Below are positions 13,625 through 26,869 of a stretch of 64,000 nt of DNA, piece after piece. Source of the stretch: Octopus bimaculoides (taxonomy: Eukaryota); contig NC_068992.1 in assembly GCF_001194135.2 (NCBI RefSeq), positions 57,658,097 through 57,722,096 on the forward strand. Reading direction: 5' to 3'. Below the pieces are notes generated by a model. That model saw only the letters and a list, made by a program, of their open reading frames with translations, was not told where the DNA came from and searched no databases. A program made the translations under genes and the position numbers. Each line of letters begins with the position of its first letter. Position 1 is the first letter of the stretch.

Positions 13625-14428
13625 ATATTGAGAGAGAGGACAGAGAGAGAGGATAGAGAGAGAGGACAGAGAGAGAGAGAGAGGACAGAGAGAGAGAGAG
13701 GACAGAGAGAGAGAGAGGACAGAGAGAGAGGGAGGACAGAGAGGGAGGACAGAGAGAGGACAGAGAGAGAGGACAGACAGAGAGAGAGGACNNNNNNNNN
13801 NNNNNNNNNNNNNNNNNNNNNNNNNNNNNNNNNNNNNNNNNNNNNNNNNNNNNNNNNNNNNNNNNNNNNNNNNNNNNNNNNNNNNNNNNNNNNNNNNNNN
13901 NNNNNNNNNNNNNNNNNNNNNNNNNNNNNNNNNNNNNNNNNNNNNNNNNNNNNNNNNNNNNNNNNNNNNNNNNNNNNNNNNNNNNNNNNNNNNNNNNNNN
14001 NNNNNNNNNNNNNNNNNNNNNNNNNNNNNNNNNNNNNNNNNNNNNNNNNNNNNNNNNNNNNNNNNNNNNNNNNNNNNNNNNNNNNNNNNNNNNNNNNNNN
14101 NNNNNNNNNNNNNNNNNNNNNNNNNNNNNNNNNNNNNNNNNNNNNNNNNNNNNNNNNNNNNNNNNNNNNNNNNNNNNNNNNNNNNNNNNNNNNNNNNNNN
14201 NNNNNNNNNNNNGAGGACAGACAGAGAGAGAGGACAGACAGAGAGAGAGGACAGACAGAGAGAGAGGACAGACACAGAGAGAGAGAGGACAGACACAAAG
14301 AGAGAGAGGACAGACACAGAGAGAGGACAGACAGAGAGAGAGGACAGACACAGAGAGAGGACAGACACAGAGAGAGGACAGACAGAGAGAGAGGACAGAC
14401 AGAGAGAGAGGACAGACAGAGAGAGACA
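13625..14428. repeat. Purine-rich (GAGAGAGGACA/GACA)n satellite spanning an N gap
   Basis: Direct reading on both sides of the gap at 13792-14212. Confidence 0.9.
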
Positions 14429-14499
14429 AAGAGAGTGTGTATGTGTAATATGTGTTGTTCTTCTAAGCCAGTCCCAAACTGGTTCCAAACTGGTCCCAA

Positions 14500-14790
14500 G
14501 CGTTGTTGAGAAAGGAGAATGGTAAGCACAGGGGTTAGAAGCCCTGCACTCTCAATACTCTACATCGCTACTGAGACACCAAGAGAAACAGATGAAACCA
14601 GTCATGATAAAGAGAAGTAATCTTCAAAAAACTGTGCATAAAACTGCATAGTAAAAACTAGAAGAAGGCCACAATGTTTATGGGAGTCCTTCCCTCACCA
14701 AGGACAAGCACACAGCTGGGAACATGGAAAATAAGAATGATGTCTGAAACTGGAAAAGTAGGCCAGACTGGTGCTGAGAAGATACTCTAC
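14500..14790 (+). mobile_element. RTE LINE 5' remnant (start of the APE endonuclease)
   Basis: QLGTWKIRMMSETGKVGQTGAEKILYKL resembles the RTE IGTWNVRTM.ETGK..Q...EM..Y.L motif. Confidence 0.6.
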
Positions 14791-17654
14791 AAGCTCACAC
14801 ATACATGCACACACACATACAGAGGCAGAAAGACAGACAGACAGAGGCCTCCATCACGTTTTAGAAGCACTGCATTCCTGAAAACAGTGTTCCATAATGC
14901 AAAACCTATTTACCTATCAGCTTCCATGTAACATGGAAAGTCAGTGAGACATAACTTACCAGCTTAGAAAGGGCAAAGTCGATATAGCCCACACTAACAC
15001 ACATAAAAGGCAAGATGGTCATGGCTAGATAACCCATGTTTACAGGTCTTCTCAATTAAACATAAGCTGGAGTTAAACACAAACAACATCCACTGTAAAA
15101 GCATCACACACGACTGGCTTCTCTTCTCTTTTCTTTTCTTCATCAAAGATCGCTGTCTGAAGCACTGAACATCTTTATTTCTTCATTGCAGTGTAAAATG
15201 CATTCCATCGTATTACTAATTGCTCATTACAGCACAAAATTAATTTACATTGTATTAATTCTAATTGAGTTTTGCAATACCCTGAAATCCCTAAAACAGC
15301 GTTATCTAGTTCATTATAAATATCCTCTCCACAAATAACCAAGTATATACATGTCTCTTGTTATACAAAAGATAAATGCTGGAAATAAAGGTCTTTTTGA
15401 AAACTATGAAGACCAAATAAAGAAAAAAGAAAAGTTTTCAAATGTCACTCTGAAGATATTTATGCCAAATTTCACTAATTCACTTCTTCAGAATCAAGAT
15501 ATTTGTAAATTATTCCCCATGGAAGAGCCACAGCATGAAACATCAGCTCTTTTTCCACTCCTTACAGCAATCAAACATGCTCACAAACAGGAAACACTCC
15601 AAGATTTACAATTAATGAAATAATAATAATAATAATTAAATGNNNNNNNNNNNNNNNNNNNNNNNNNNNNNNNNNNNNNNNNNNNNNNNNNNNNNNNNNN
15701 NNNNNNNNNNNNNNNNNNNNNNNNNNNNNNNNNNNNNNNNNNNNNNNNNNNNNNNNNNNNNNNNNNNNNNNNNNNNNNNNNNNNNNNNNNNNNNNNNNNN
15801 NNNNNNNNNNNNNNNNNNNNNNNNNNNNNNNNNNNNNNNNNNNNNNNNNNNNNNNNNNNNNNNNNNNNNNNNNNNNNNNNNNNNNNNNNNNNNNNNNNNN
15901 NNNNNNNNNNNNNNNNNNNNNNNNNNNNNNNNNNNNNNNNNNNNNNNNNNNNNNNNNNNNNNNNNNNNNNNNNNNNNNNNNNNNNNNNNNNNNNNNNNNN
16001 NNNNNNNNNNNNNNNNNNNNNNNNNNNNNNNNNNNNNNNNNNNTGCATTCATAGTTATGGATACTAAAATCATGGAAAAACATTTTGTATGTAATATATA
16101 CAAAATTTTCTTTTGAGTTATGATATATGAAAAAGAAGATGTTTAGTCTAATTTATTAGAATTGCTGTATAAAATACATAAAAAAAAAAACGTTCATCCA
16201 TCCTGAACCAAACGAAAAGCAAAATTTGAACTGATGCAGGATAAAAGTGTACCTGCTGTAAAATCAACTCTCTGGACATTTCACCATGTTTGTCATGATA
16301 GAAGTTTGTAATATCAACAGACACGGTAATTATTTCAATAATAAGTTCTAATGCACCCACCCAACCCCACCTCAGCAGAACATATTAATCCCAGGGTGTT
16401 TGTAAGGATGACTAATACGCGATTGAAAATTAAACAAAGTAAGTTTCAAGGACAGAGACTATGTGCAATTTCTGTTTTCTTGCACTGGTATAAAAATCAG
16501 GAATTTCTAAAAGTAAAGGAGCAGGTGCTCAATATGACCCGCTGTATATGACTGGTATTTAATTTATGAAATTCCCAGGAGGTTAACAACAAATTCAATC
16601 TTGGTAGCAGTTAAACCCAGAATATAAAGGAATGGCACTAAACACTGCTGATCATTTGGTCTGCCACTCCACCACCTTCGTATACACACACACACACACG
16701 CAAATACTCTGATCAGCATAAATCAAATTTTTTTATCTATTTTTAATTTTCATAAATTTCAATACATTTAATTAAATCTCAATTACACTTTGGCTTTTGC
16801 TTTTTTTATCTTTGATCTTTACTTTGGTAAATTTTTAACCAAAGTTTCTTATATTCATTTTACCTCGTTAACAAACAAACAGCTGTAATTTCTTTTTTTT
16901 TTTTGTTTTTTAACAAGTATGAAATATCCAGATTAAATTCAAGCATATTAGAACAGAGAAAAAGTGAAAAAAAATCTGCATGTGCAAAGAGCAATTATGA
17001 CAACAACATCAAAATCAACAATAACAACAACAACAACAACAACAGCAGCAGTGCTTTCACATGCATAAATGATACAACAACAACAGCGTGACAACAAACT
17101 GGTCAGCCAATGTAGTCTTCTTGAAGCAGAGATGTAATCCATTTGATAACATACCAGAGTACACTGGTGGAAAAATTCATACCATTGCTCCTAGGAAAAA
17201 CCCATGGAAAATACTCCCCCAAACCAAAGATAGCATTTAACACAAGTACAGTTAAAGACTAATAGAGAATTCTAGTTCTAATCGATGACTGTCTTCTCTA
17301 AACATATGACATGATGGTCATGTTAAAATTTGTCAGAAGTTGTGTGTAGTTGTCAATTAAATTGTCCCACATATATCACTGGTATTAAATTATAAAACTC
17401 ATTTGATCAAGTTCTAATGAATTAATGGTAGAGTCTACTGTGGTAGATATAATCTAATGTCAGTGGAACAATCAAAATACTTTCAAGTCTCACACTTGAC
17501 ACTGAGCCCTCTCTGCTCCTTGATCGATTCCCTTCACGTTTCCTTACAAACATTAACTAACCACCAAACAGTTAGTAAACTGGTTTATTGGCCTGTTATG
17601 TCTATGCTCCACCACAAGAACCAATCCTAGTTACAGTATGGTGGATTATAGTGC

Positions 17655-17960
17655 CTCAATGGCCCAGAGAGCTATTCCAGTGGAGTGCAAGATCTTGGTA
17701 AGGTCTCCCATACTGGACAGGTCAGAGGATAGAGGCTGGACTGATATAGACCACCTCTTCCCAAAGGTAAAAATAGGCTTTTATAGGGTCAATATCCTTA
17801 CCTACAAAAAAGGTAAAGTTAGTGAAGGATCAAGTACAATTCAAAAATCAACAAGGGTCAGAGAGAGGAAGCAGAAAAGACAACCCAGAGTTAAGAATAG
17901 TAGAGAAAGGTTGTTGATGGTTTATGCTCCAAGAGGAGCGAAGGGCTAAAGCAAGTAAAT
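17655..17960 (+). mobile_element. Short bipartite RTE-derived element
   Basis: Same 5' module; ends gttgttgatggtttatgctccaagaggagcgaagggctaaagcaagtaa, reading VDGLCSKRSEGLK like RTE C-termini. Confidence 0.6.
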
Positions 17961-18728
17961 ATGTCTGTGCTAGAAAGAAGAAATAATCAAGCTCTTCAAG
18001 AATATACATACCAGAACCGTTTTCAACATTACAGAGAGAAAAGGGATAGCAGGCATGGCTGATGGTGGGCATGGCTACTCCCAGTCAAGATGGGCTGTAG
18101 AGGAAACCCAACTGAGTCAGTATGGAGAAAGCTCATAGCCATTCAAAGAACAGGAAGAGAGAGAAAGACAGGTGGCTGCAGGATGAGTGGGTGGAACAGC
18201 AGAAAAAAGGTCTCTTGGAGCAAGAAAGAGAAACTAGGCTGGAAGCCAGAAGATGGCTAGCAATTTGGCTACCACTGCTGACCTGCTCACAAGAGGGTGT
18301 TATAGTTCAAGGCTAAAACAGCCAACAAATACTGAACACCAACTGATTTCATCAAATCTTCCCATCCAAGGTGAATGAAGAGGAAGCATCTTCTTTTAGA
18401 TGGAATTATTCTCCTATTAAACAACAGCTTCACCCTTATTCTTTTTATAACTCACAAAAATAGTTCTATTTCTTTGAAGGAAGCATCACTAGATTTTGTT
18501 CCCAAATGATAATCTTTATTTCTATAAATTATCTCCCAACAGTGGGTTATAATTTTATCTGATTGTTTTTTTATATATATATTTTCCTTATTAAAAGTTA
18601 ATCCTATTTATCTATGTATCTAACTATCTATCTATCCACATATATATTTTATATGCATCCATTTGTTGTTTACACCACCTGTCTTCATCTGTTGTTTTTT
18701 TCGTAAATTATCCCATATTATATATATA

Positions 18729-18766
<38 letters not shown>

Positions 18767-18940
18767 NNNNNNNNNNNNNNNNNNNNNNNNNNNNNNNNNN
18801 NNNNNNNNNNNNNNNNNNNNNNNNNNNNNNNNNNNNNNNNNNNNNNNNNNNNNNNNNNNNNNNNNNNNNNNNNNNNNNNNNNNNNNNNNNNNNNNNNNNN
18901 NNNNNNNNNNNNNNNNNNNNNNNNNNNNNNNNNNNNNNNN

Positions 18941-18977
<37 letters not shown>

Positions 18978-19428
18978 GTATATATATATATATATATGTA
19001 TTCATATACATATATATCACGACTGCAGTATGGAAAACAAGTATTAGTAATAATACAAGTATGAAATTCCTATAATGATGATTCTGCATTTTCTTGGTGG
19101 TAACCTCAAATGGCTGATGACTAATGCTTCTCACTACTCACTCCCAGCGCCTCCCCCCATCCCCACTAATCTCTCTCTCTCTCTCTCTCTCTCAGCTGCT
19201 TCCAGTGTACTCTGTGATACCGGTTTGTCAACTGTCGTTCTGAAGTTGTGTGACGGTCACTCGAGACAGATGTCAACAAACCGACGTGACACCAGGAAGG
19301 TCCCAAATTGGAATACAGTGTGCATCAAGAAGAGCAGTAGCAGTGGCAGCATTATTATCTGAACTTGCCTGTGTGTAGGGGGGGTTCTGATCATACCGGG
19401 TGCAAGACGGGGCAGGGGAGAAGTCTAC

Positions 19429-19542
19429 CTGATGTTCGCTGTTGTGGCGTTTGGCAAGGAGAGCATGGTTGACCTTCAGTACGATCCAGTCAAAGAGCAC
19501 ACCATATAAACATTTAGCAAGTGCGTCTCTGGTAGCGATTGC
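19429..19542 (-). CDS. Myo9: Myosin-IX-like exon: AIATRDALAKCLYGVLFDWIVLKVNHALLAKRHNSEHQ; 114 nt, phase 0 to 0
   Basis: RDALAK.LY..LFDWIV..VN motif; ttttccag acceptor, CAG|gtagac donor. Confidence 0.95.
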
Positions 19543-19585
19543 CTGGAAAACAGAAGAAAAGAAATACAATTACACATCAATTTAA

Positions 19586-19617
<32 letters not shown>

Positions 19618-21351
19618 CAATAATAATAATGTGATAATTTTTCTACTATAGGCATAAGGCCTGAAATTTTGGGAGAAGGGACTAGTCGATTACATCAACC
19701 CCAGTGTTTCACCCCTGTGTTTGTCCACTCCATCACCACTAGACAATTGGTGTTGGTATGTTTACATCCCCCATAACTAAGCAGTTCGGCAAAAGATACC
19801 AATAGAATAAGTACTAGGCTTAAAAAATAAGTCTTGGGACTGATACGTTCGACTAAAACCATTCAAAGCAGTGCTCCAGCATGGCCGCAGTCATATGACT
19901 AAAAGAATATGAAACAGCAACAATTGTAGAATAGGGAAATAAAAACTCTATACATTTGCCTTATAATATGCGTGCATGCATGTATGTATGTATGTATGTA
20001 TGTATGTATGTATTAGGGATATTTTTAGACTGCTACATATTCACGTGCAAAAAACATGGAAAGTATTTCTATTTTAGTGTTAGTAAACTGAAATTGTAGA
20101 CGAAAGGAGATTCTGTCCAGTGGTATATTATCAACCAGACTGTGAAATTAGAAAATTGTCTGGTTCTTGAAACACGTGTAACCGACAACAGCAGTGTGGT
20201 TGGTTGGTTGGTTGTAATTAATACCTTTCATCAACAGAAATGCACCTTTTCTTATTTTAAAATAACTATGAAGAATCTTTGGCAAAGACACATTACAGCA
20301 CCGGTGACACGTCATGAATTGTTGACCTGGTGACTGGCAGGTCAACATCCACCCTACCGACTTGTTCCGCTACAAGTCATACAGTTGATCTTCCTGCAAG
20401 TAATGGGTTAGTCACAGAGGGAAGGGTGGTGCTCATAAGCTTTTGCAGGAACTCTGAGACTAAAGACAGAGAGGAAGAAATTCCAAACTGAAGAACTGAT
20501 CTGAATGCTTGCAACAGAGTGGATTTCACCAACTAAAGGTAACCAGGAGCCAGGTGATGCCATTAAACCAATAGATTAAGTATATCTCTTTAGTGGACTC
20601 CACTAAAGAGGTACCCAAAGCGCAGGCGGTGGTGTTAAACAGGGCAAAAGACAAAGAGCAGGTATACGCCATTTAAAGGGCATTTGTACAGTTTGTGTCT
20701 GCCAAACTTCAGTCATGTAATTTGGACCAAATCGGAATTGTGGTTAAAAAAAAAATTGCTCTAGATACTGCACAGTGAGATTGAACCCAGAACAACATCA
20801 CTGCAAAGGAAACTTCTTAACCATGTGACCAGGACAGTAAAAGTAATTCACTACAAAAGAAACAACAATAATGGCATGGCAATAATAGAAATTTCTTCCT
20901 TAAAGAATGAAGTCTTTGATTTATTTCAGGAGGAGGTGTGGTGGAGTGAGGAGGGGGGAATTAGAAGATAATGGTAACTAAAAGAGACAATGGCAAGCTT
21001 TTATTCTGAAAACAAGCTGAATATTTTCAAGTGCCAACTATTACAATGGCTGCTGTTGATGTAAGTCTAGCTATGACTGCTGCTGCTGCTGCTGTTGTTG
21101 TTGTTGTTGTTCTTACTGTTGTTCCCATGGCTGTTGTTTCATGTCCCACCCCACCCTCCCATTATTTCTAACAACTTCATCTGAAATCTTTAAGACAAAG
21201 TAACAGCCAGAAATATTTCCATATTTCACACATACATGCATGATTGTGTGGATACAGAATTCTACCCCGTTGTGTGGTACCCAGAACAAGTGTCTCCAAT
21301 CACATGTAGCCTTTTGGTAGACTACTTCTTTGAGAATAACAACAATAGACA

Positions 21352-21382
<31 letters not shown>

Positions 21383-21927
21383 AGAAGAGGAAGAAGAAGA
21401 CAACAACAACAACTACGATGCTGCCATTACAACAACCACTGCCAACGTCATTGATTTTTATGCCGATTTTTCCGTGCTTGTATGGGTTGGATAGACCTTA
21501 ATGAGGCACATTTTTTATGGCTGGATGCCCTTCCAGTCACCAACCCTCAGTTGTTCCCAAGCAAAGTAATATTTTCCCATAGCTAGACAACCAACTTTCT
21601 AATAATTCCACCAATCTCCTCCTTTCAACAGGCCCATTACTCATCAGTCTCAAAAGGATGAAAGGCAAAGTTAGACCTCAGCAAGATTTGAACTCACAGC
21701 ACAGAAAACCAGAGTTGCAAGAACTGCAAGATGTTCTATTGGATGCTCCAATGACTCACCTTCACTGTCATTTTATTGCACTTTAATTGCATTCTAACTG
21801 CACTCTCATCATGCACCTATCATGTACTTTCATTGCACTCCTGATGCATTTACTGTGTATTCTCATACACTTTTCATTTCACTGTCACTGTGCACTCACA
21901 TAGTGCTTTCTGGAGCATTATACTTAC

Positions 21928-22017
21928 ATCTTCCATTTTGTAGTTCATAAAAACTGTCTCTCCTCCAGCAACGGTTCTTTTCTGGGTTAAGGCATCAATG
22001 AGTGTCGTTTCCTTCAC
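21928..22017 (-). CDS. Myo9: Myosin-IX-like exon: VKETTLIDALTQKRTVAGGETVFMNYKMED; 90 nt, phase 0 to 0
   Basis: L..AL..R....GE motif; poly-T+ag acceptor, GAT|gtaagt donor; absent from ORF track. Confidence 0.93.
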
Positions 22018-22472
22018 CTAAAAAAAAAAACAATGACATTGTCTTAGTTTTTAACCACCCATCTAGCTCTTACAACTTGTTCATACAAAAAGAAAATGCT
22101 TAAAAATCTACACAACCAACAAAGACATATCACATACAATAAGATTTGATTGTCAATAACAGAAACTCACAATAAACCACATTTTCCAACAAACAAGTCG
22201 ACAAAGTACATAGTGTAAACATGGAGTGTAAATATTCAAACACTGTCACTATTTTTCCATATCCTGCTGCATTTTATATGGAAGCTTTGCTCCGCCAAAG
22301 CCAACTTGCTGTATAATTCAACGTACCTTATGCTTGGCTGTAAATTTTTGTCTGCAAAATTCAGTTTGTAAGCCAGAAAACATGGTTATTATATATTACA
22401 TTTCACGGTAGATGATTCTTAACAATTCAGACAACCTGCATTAAACAGTTAAGAGTTGGGGAAATAACTTAC

Positions 22473-22550
22473 CTTCAGTAAATTAGATATCACAGTGATA
22501 ACAGCTTCGTTCCTAATCACTACAGATTCATCATGGTGGAGATCTCCTTT
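22473..22550 (-). CDS. Myo9: Myosin-IX-like exon: KGDLHHDESVVIRNEAVITVISNLLK; 78 nt, phase 0 to 0
   Basis: Fills the expected gap between LGNVEF and the next helix; tatgcag acceptor, AAG|gtaagt donor; absent from ORF track. Confidence 0.9.
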
Positions 22551-22937
22551 CTGCATAAAGACAGAAATATACAATGTAGAAATATAGATTATAGAGAGAA
22601 TATACAACTGTCATATGCATCATCACCATGATCATCACCATCATTATGATCATCATCTTCATTTAATGTCTGTTTTCCCTGCTGGCATGGGTGAGACAAA
22701 AATTAAATTCTATAGACTTATATGTATAAACTGCATATATATATATATATATATATTTGGAATTTACGGGAATATATATATATAGTTGGAATTTACAGGA
22801 AAAACAAAAGACGAAGATAGGTATATAAACAACAAACAGGTGTATTAGTTTAATGCTCAGGAAGGTGAGAAAGTCTTTTATGTTTCAAGCCTACGCTCTT
22901 CAACAGAAAGGAACACGAGAAAATAAATGGAGAGAGA

Positions 22938-22968
<31 letters not shown>

Positions 22969-23933
22969 CAAACACACAGAGACATACACGTGTGTGTGTG
23001 TGTGTGTCCTGTATGTACAGGTTACAGAAGATGTATGATTACTTCTGTATGAGTTAGAGCTCCATGCAGATTATCATTATCCAGTCAGCTTCCAGCATAG
23101 TGGGCAGTCGAGCACTGTACTTGGCTGGTGCCACCCAGTCCACTCTGTAAAGTGGCTGCCATTAGGAAGGGTATTTAGCCATAAAAAAACTACAACAAAA
23201 CAAACAGTGGAGCTTGGTGCAGTCTCTTTTGCTGAACCGCTAAGTTACGGGGAAGTAAACACACCAGCATCGGTTGTCAAGCGATGTTGGGGGGACAAAC
23301 ACAGACACACGCATATATATATATACATATACATATATACGACTGGCTTCTTTCAGTTTCCATCTACCAAATCCACACACAAGGCTTTGGTCGGCCCGAG
23401 GCTATAGTAGAAGACACTTGCCCAAGGTGTCACACAGTGGGACTGAACCCAGAACCATGTGGTTGGTAAGCAAGCTAATTACCACACAGCCACTCCTGTG
23501 CCTATATATAAATAAGAAAAAGCCTGTCCAACCCATGCAAGCAAAGAACAGTGGATGATCATGAGACACACACATTTGTAATTAGCGCATGCAGTCATAT
23601 ACACACACATACACAAATGTACACACAACCATAATCAACCACATCCTTACATGTGTCAAAATAGCTATGCATATGTATGCATTCAATTGCATGTGTATAT
23701 CTATATGTATGCGTGTGAATGTGTGCTTGAGAGTGTGGGTGCACGTGTGTGTATGCCTATGATCAAGCATGTGCGTAAATGTATGAATAAATATATTAAT
23801 TATCAAATCAAAAAACAGGATATCACAGTAATAGGTAAAGAAGTGGGTGATACGAGTAATGTGATACAGAGTAAACATCGAGAATGACGTAGGAACGAAA
23901 AATATTAAGAAACTGTAATAGATAAAGCAGTCC

Positions 23934-23995
<62 letters not shown>

Positions 23996-24031
23996 TTATT
24001 TATTCTTTTCTTTTAATAAAAGGAAAAGTAT

Positions 24032-24074
<43 letters not shown>

Positions 24075-24558
24075 TATATACACACTAACACACACATATA
24101 TGTATACACATATATACATATACACATGTCCTTAGTACCAGATCTGTGACATCTCAATGTGTATGAGTAGCAGCTTGACCAGAGAAACTCCCTGATCTCC
24201 AAACTCCGCATATTGTCGAGTAATGTTATTGCAGAGATCGTCTGGAAAAACTTATTTCAGCCATTTGTATTTGTAAATTGTACTCTTTTGGTCATAACTC
24301 CAGTTTCATGACCACAGGTGATAAGCACAGAAACCAAATTGCAGATAGCAACTTTGGTCATTTTTACCAATCTTTCCTCTTCAGGGAATTGAATGCGGGA
24401 ACTGGCAATCCTAGCAACCAATTCAGCCTCCTGCTTCCCAGTATAAAGAAGAAGAAGAAAAAAAGCGTGAGAAAATGGCATGTCTGCAAGGACCAGGATT
24501 TGAACAGGATTTTTTTTTTTTGTCTTTTAAGCTTTGAAAAGAGTAAGTATTTATTTAC

Positions 24559-24613
24559 CTTCTTGAACTCCACGTTACCAAGATGTAACACAGCAGACAA
24601 CACAGAGAAAATC
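24559..24613 (-). CDS. Myo9: Myosin-IX-like exon: (R)IFSVLSAVLHLGNVEFKK; 55 nt, phase 2 to 0
   Basis: LSAVLHLGN motif; aatgtag acceptor, AAG|gtaaat donor. Confidence 0.95.
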
Positions 24614-24937
24614 CTACATTGAGGGGGAAAAAAAGAACAAAAAAAAAATTAATAAAAAGAAAGCAAACAGGATTTTAGAAAAATATATTAAATCATTTGC
24701 AGAGAAATCCAATGAATTATTTAAAAACTTTCTCTTTACAGCAAAGTTAGCAATGTATAGAAATAGTTGCAGAGAAATTCAGTAAATTATTCTAAATATT
24801 TCTATTAATAAGCACAAGAATGGCTACGTGGCGCTTAAGAAGCTTGCTTTTGCAAATCAGGATCTGATAATTGAAAAACAAATTTCTTCACCATTTGACC
24901 ATGCTGTCCACATACATATACAATAACTGAATGAATC

Positions 24938-24972
<35 letters not shown>

Positions 24973-25133
24973 CAGCTAGGGAAGAGCAAAGTTGGAATAT
25001 ATTGACTGAATGGGACAGTATCCAAGTGTTTAACCTTAGCTCAGACTTCAGCCAGCAAACAAACAAACAATCAAAAAGCATTGCATCAATGACCGGCCCT
25101 TTTTTTTTAGGGGGTTCTTAGAACCACATTGGT

Positions 25134-25504
25134 GGAGGTGCATGGCTTAGTCGTTAGGATGTTGGACTCATGATTGCAAGATTGTGGTTTCGAATCCTGG
25201 ACCAGGCAACAGATTGTGTTCTTGAGCAAAACACTTCATTTCACATTGCTCCAGTACACTCAGCTGACAAAGATGAGTTTAGCTTGCGATGGCTCAGCAT
25301 CCCATCCAGGTGGGGAATTTATACACCATGGAAACCAGGAAATCAGCCCTTATGAGTCGGTATGACACAAGAAGGTTACTTTACCATTGTGGAGGCACAT
25401 GGCTTAATGGTTAGGGTGTTGGACTCATGGTCGTAAGAATGTGGTTTTGATTCCTGGACTGGGCAACACGTTGTGTTCTTGAGCAAAACACTTCATTTCA
25501 CATT
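25134..25504 (+). mobile_element. tRNA-derived SINE (head H2, B-like tail; 25134-25384) followed directly by a second H2 head (25391-25504)
   Basis: GGAGGTGCATGGCTTAGT..GGTTTCGAATCC..GTGTTCTTGAGCAAAACACTT head; GCGATGGCTCAGCATCCCATCCAGG module; TTACTTTAC end. Confidence 0.75.
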
Positions 25505-26218
25505 TCACATTAGAGGCAGGATCTGGCCAGTTTGAACATAATGAAGGTGGAATATTTGGGCGGGATTTGGTCAGATTAAATACTAAAGGTTTAAAGTGAG
25601 TAGGGTGTCATTTGATGGGAGATATGACTGCTATTTTTAGCAGACTGAGTGACAAAGACCTTGACCGGCTCATATTTCTATATATAGTGACAGATTGATT
25701 GATTGGTTCATTCATTCATTCTTTCATTGATCCAATAACATTAATCATTTTGCATGCTGGGAAGAAGAAAACACACCCACAGGCAACAAAAAGATTAAGG
25801 TTTCATATGTCAGTATATATATATATTTATTTTTATAACTTCAATACTTCACCATTAGCTGTGTAACAGGAATAAGTAAATAAATAAACAACTGAATAAA
25901 TAATGGGATAAATGCTAATTAAAGCTTTCTTTAATGTGATTTAGAAATTAAGCATCAATTTAAGCAATTATGTATAATGAATAGTGCTGTGTTGATTAGA
26001 AAGACCATAGAACTTTGATATAACAATGAAGGTTAGGCAAGACAATAAGAAACTTCTGACACAGTCACACTCAATCTACTAGAAACAGCAGCCAAACTTC
26101 CCTAAAACCACACCCTTGCTTAAGATTTGGAGACACTGGTCAGTGTGGTTTTAGATATATAAAAATGAGGGCCACCACTGACCAAAGGGCAGCCATAGAC
26201 TGCTGTCCAACTTGGAGA

Positions 26219-26839
26219 TTAACTCTTTCGTATTCAGATTACTTTATCAAATCCAATGTTCATTTATTCACATCATTTTGAATTAATCCTGCTTTATTTT
26301 GTAGCTTTGAGACTTCAATGATGGGATTATCTGTTTTTGGAATGACATTGTAGGGGAGGTGTGAGAGGCAAGTTCTAGCCAGTATGAACATAAAACAGGT
26401 AGAATATTTGGGCCAGATATGGCCGGTTTAAAAGCTAAAGGATTGTTGTTGGCACTCCGTCGCTTACGACGTCGAAGGTTCCAGTTGATCTGATCAATGG
26501 AACAGTCTGCTTGTGAAATTAACGTGCAAGTGGCTGAGCACTCCACAGATACGTGTACCCTTAACGTAGTTCTCAGGGATATTCAGCGTGACACAGTGTG
26601 ACAAGGCTGACCCTTTGAATTACAGGTACAACAGAAACAGGAAGTAAGAGTGAGAGAAAGTTGTCATGGAAGAGTACAGCAGGGTTCGCCACCAACCCCT
26701 GCCGGAGCCTAGTGGAGCTTTAGGTGTTTTCGCTCAATAAACACTCACAATGCCCGGTCTGGGAATCGAAACCGCGATCCTACGACCGCGAGTCCGCTGC
26801 CCTAACCACTGGGCCATTGCACCTCCGCTAAAGGATTAA
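26219..26839. mobile_element. TTAA-flanked ~230-bp MITE interrupted by a SINE at its right terminus
   Basis: ttaactctttcgtatt...aaagctaaaggattaa termini; related pieces at ~900-1025, 30159-30280 and 51211-51395. Confidence 0.65.
26445..26826 (-). mobile_element. tRNA-derived SINE (head H1, tail A), full length
   Basis: Minus strand begins GGAGGTGCAATGGCCCAGTGGTTAGGGCAGCGG (A box) ...GGTTTCGATTCCC (B box); ends GTGCCAACAACA; 11-bp TSD gctaaaggatt (26434-26444 / 26827-26837). Confidence 0.9.
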
Positions 26840-26869
26840 ACAGCAAGATATATGCACACACAATTACAT

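Noticed and set aside
16253-16347. Possible extra Myo9 exon ending CAG|gtacac (track ORF 16148..16360)
   Set aside because: 95 nt with a stop in the required phase-0 frame, poor acceptor and no myosin similarity
19273-19428. Extension of ORF 19273..19569 beyond the exon
   Set aside because: Read-through past the CAG|gtagac donor; myosin homology resumes only at the 337 acceptor
26750-26826. tRNA-like sequences with A and B boxes (also 39175-39250, 50414-50490, 25134-25205, 54756-54830)
   Set aside because: They are SINE heads continuing into SINE bodies with TSDs, not tRNA genes
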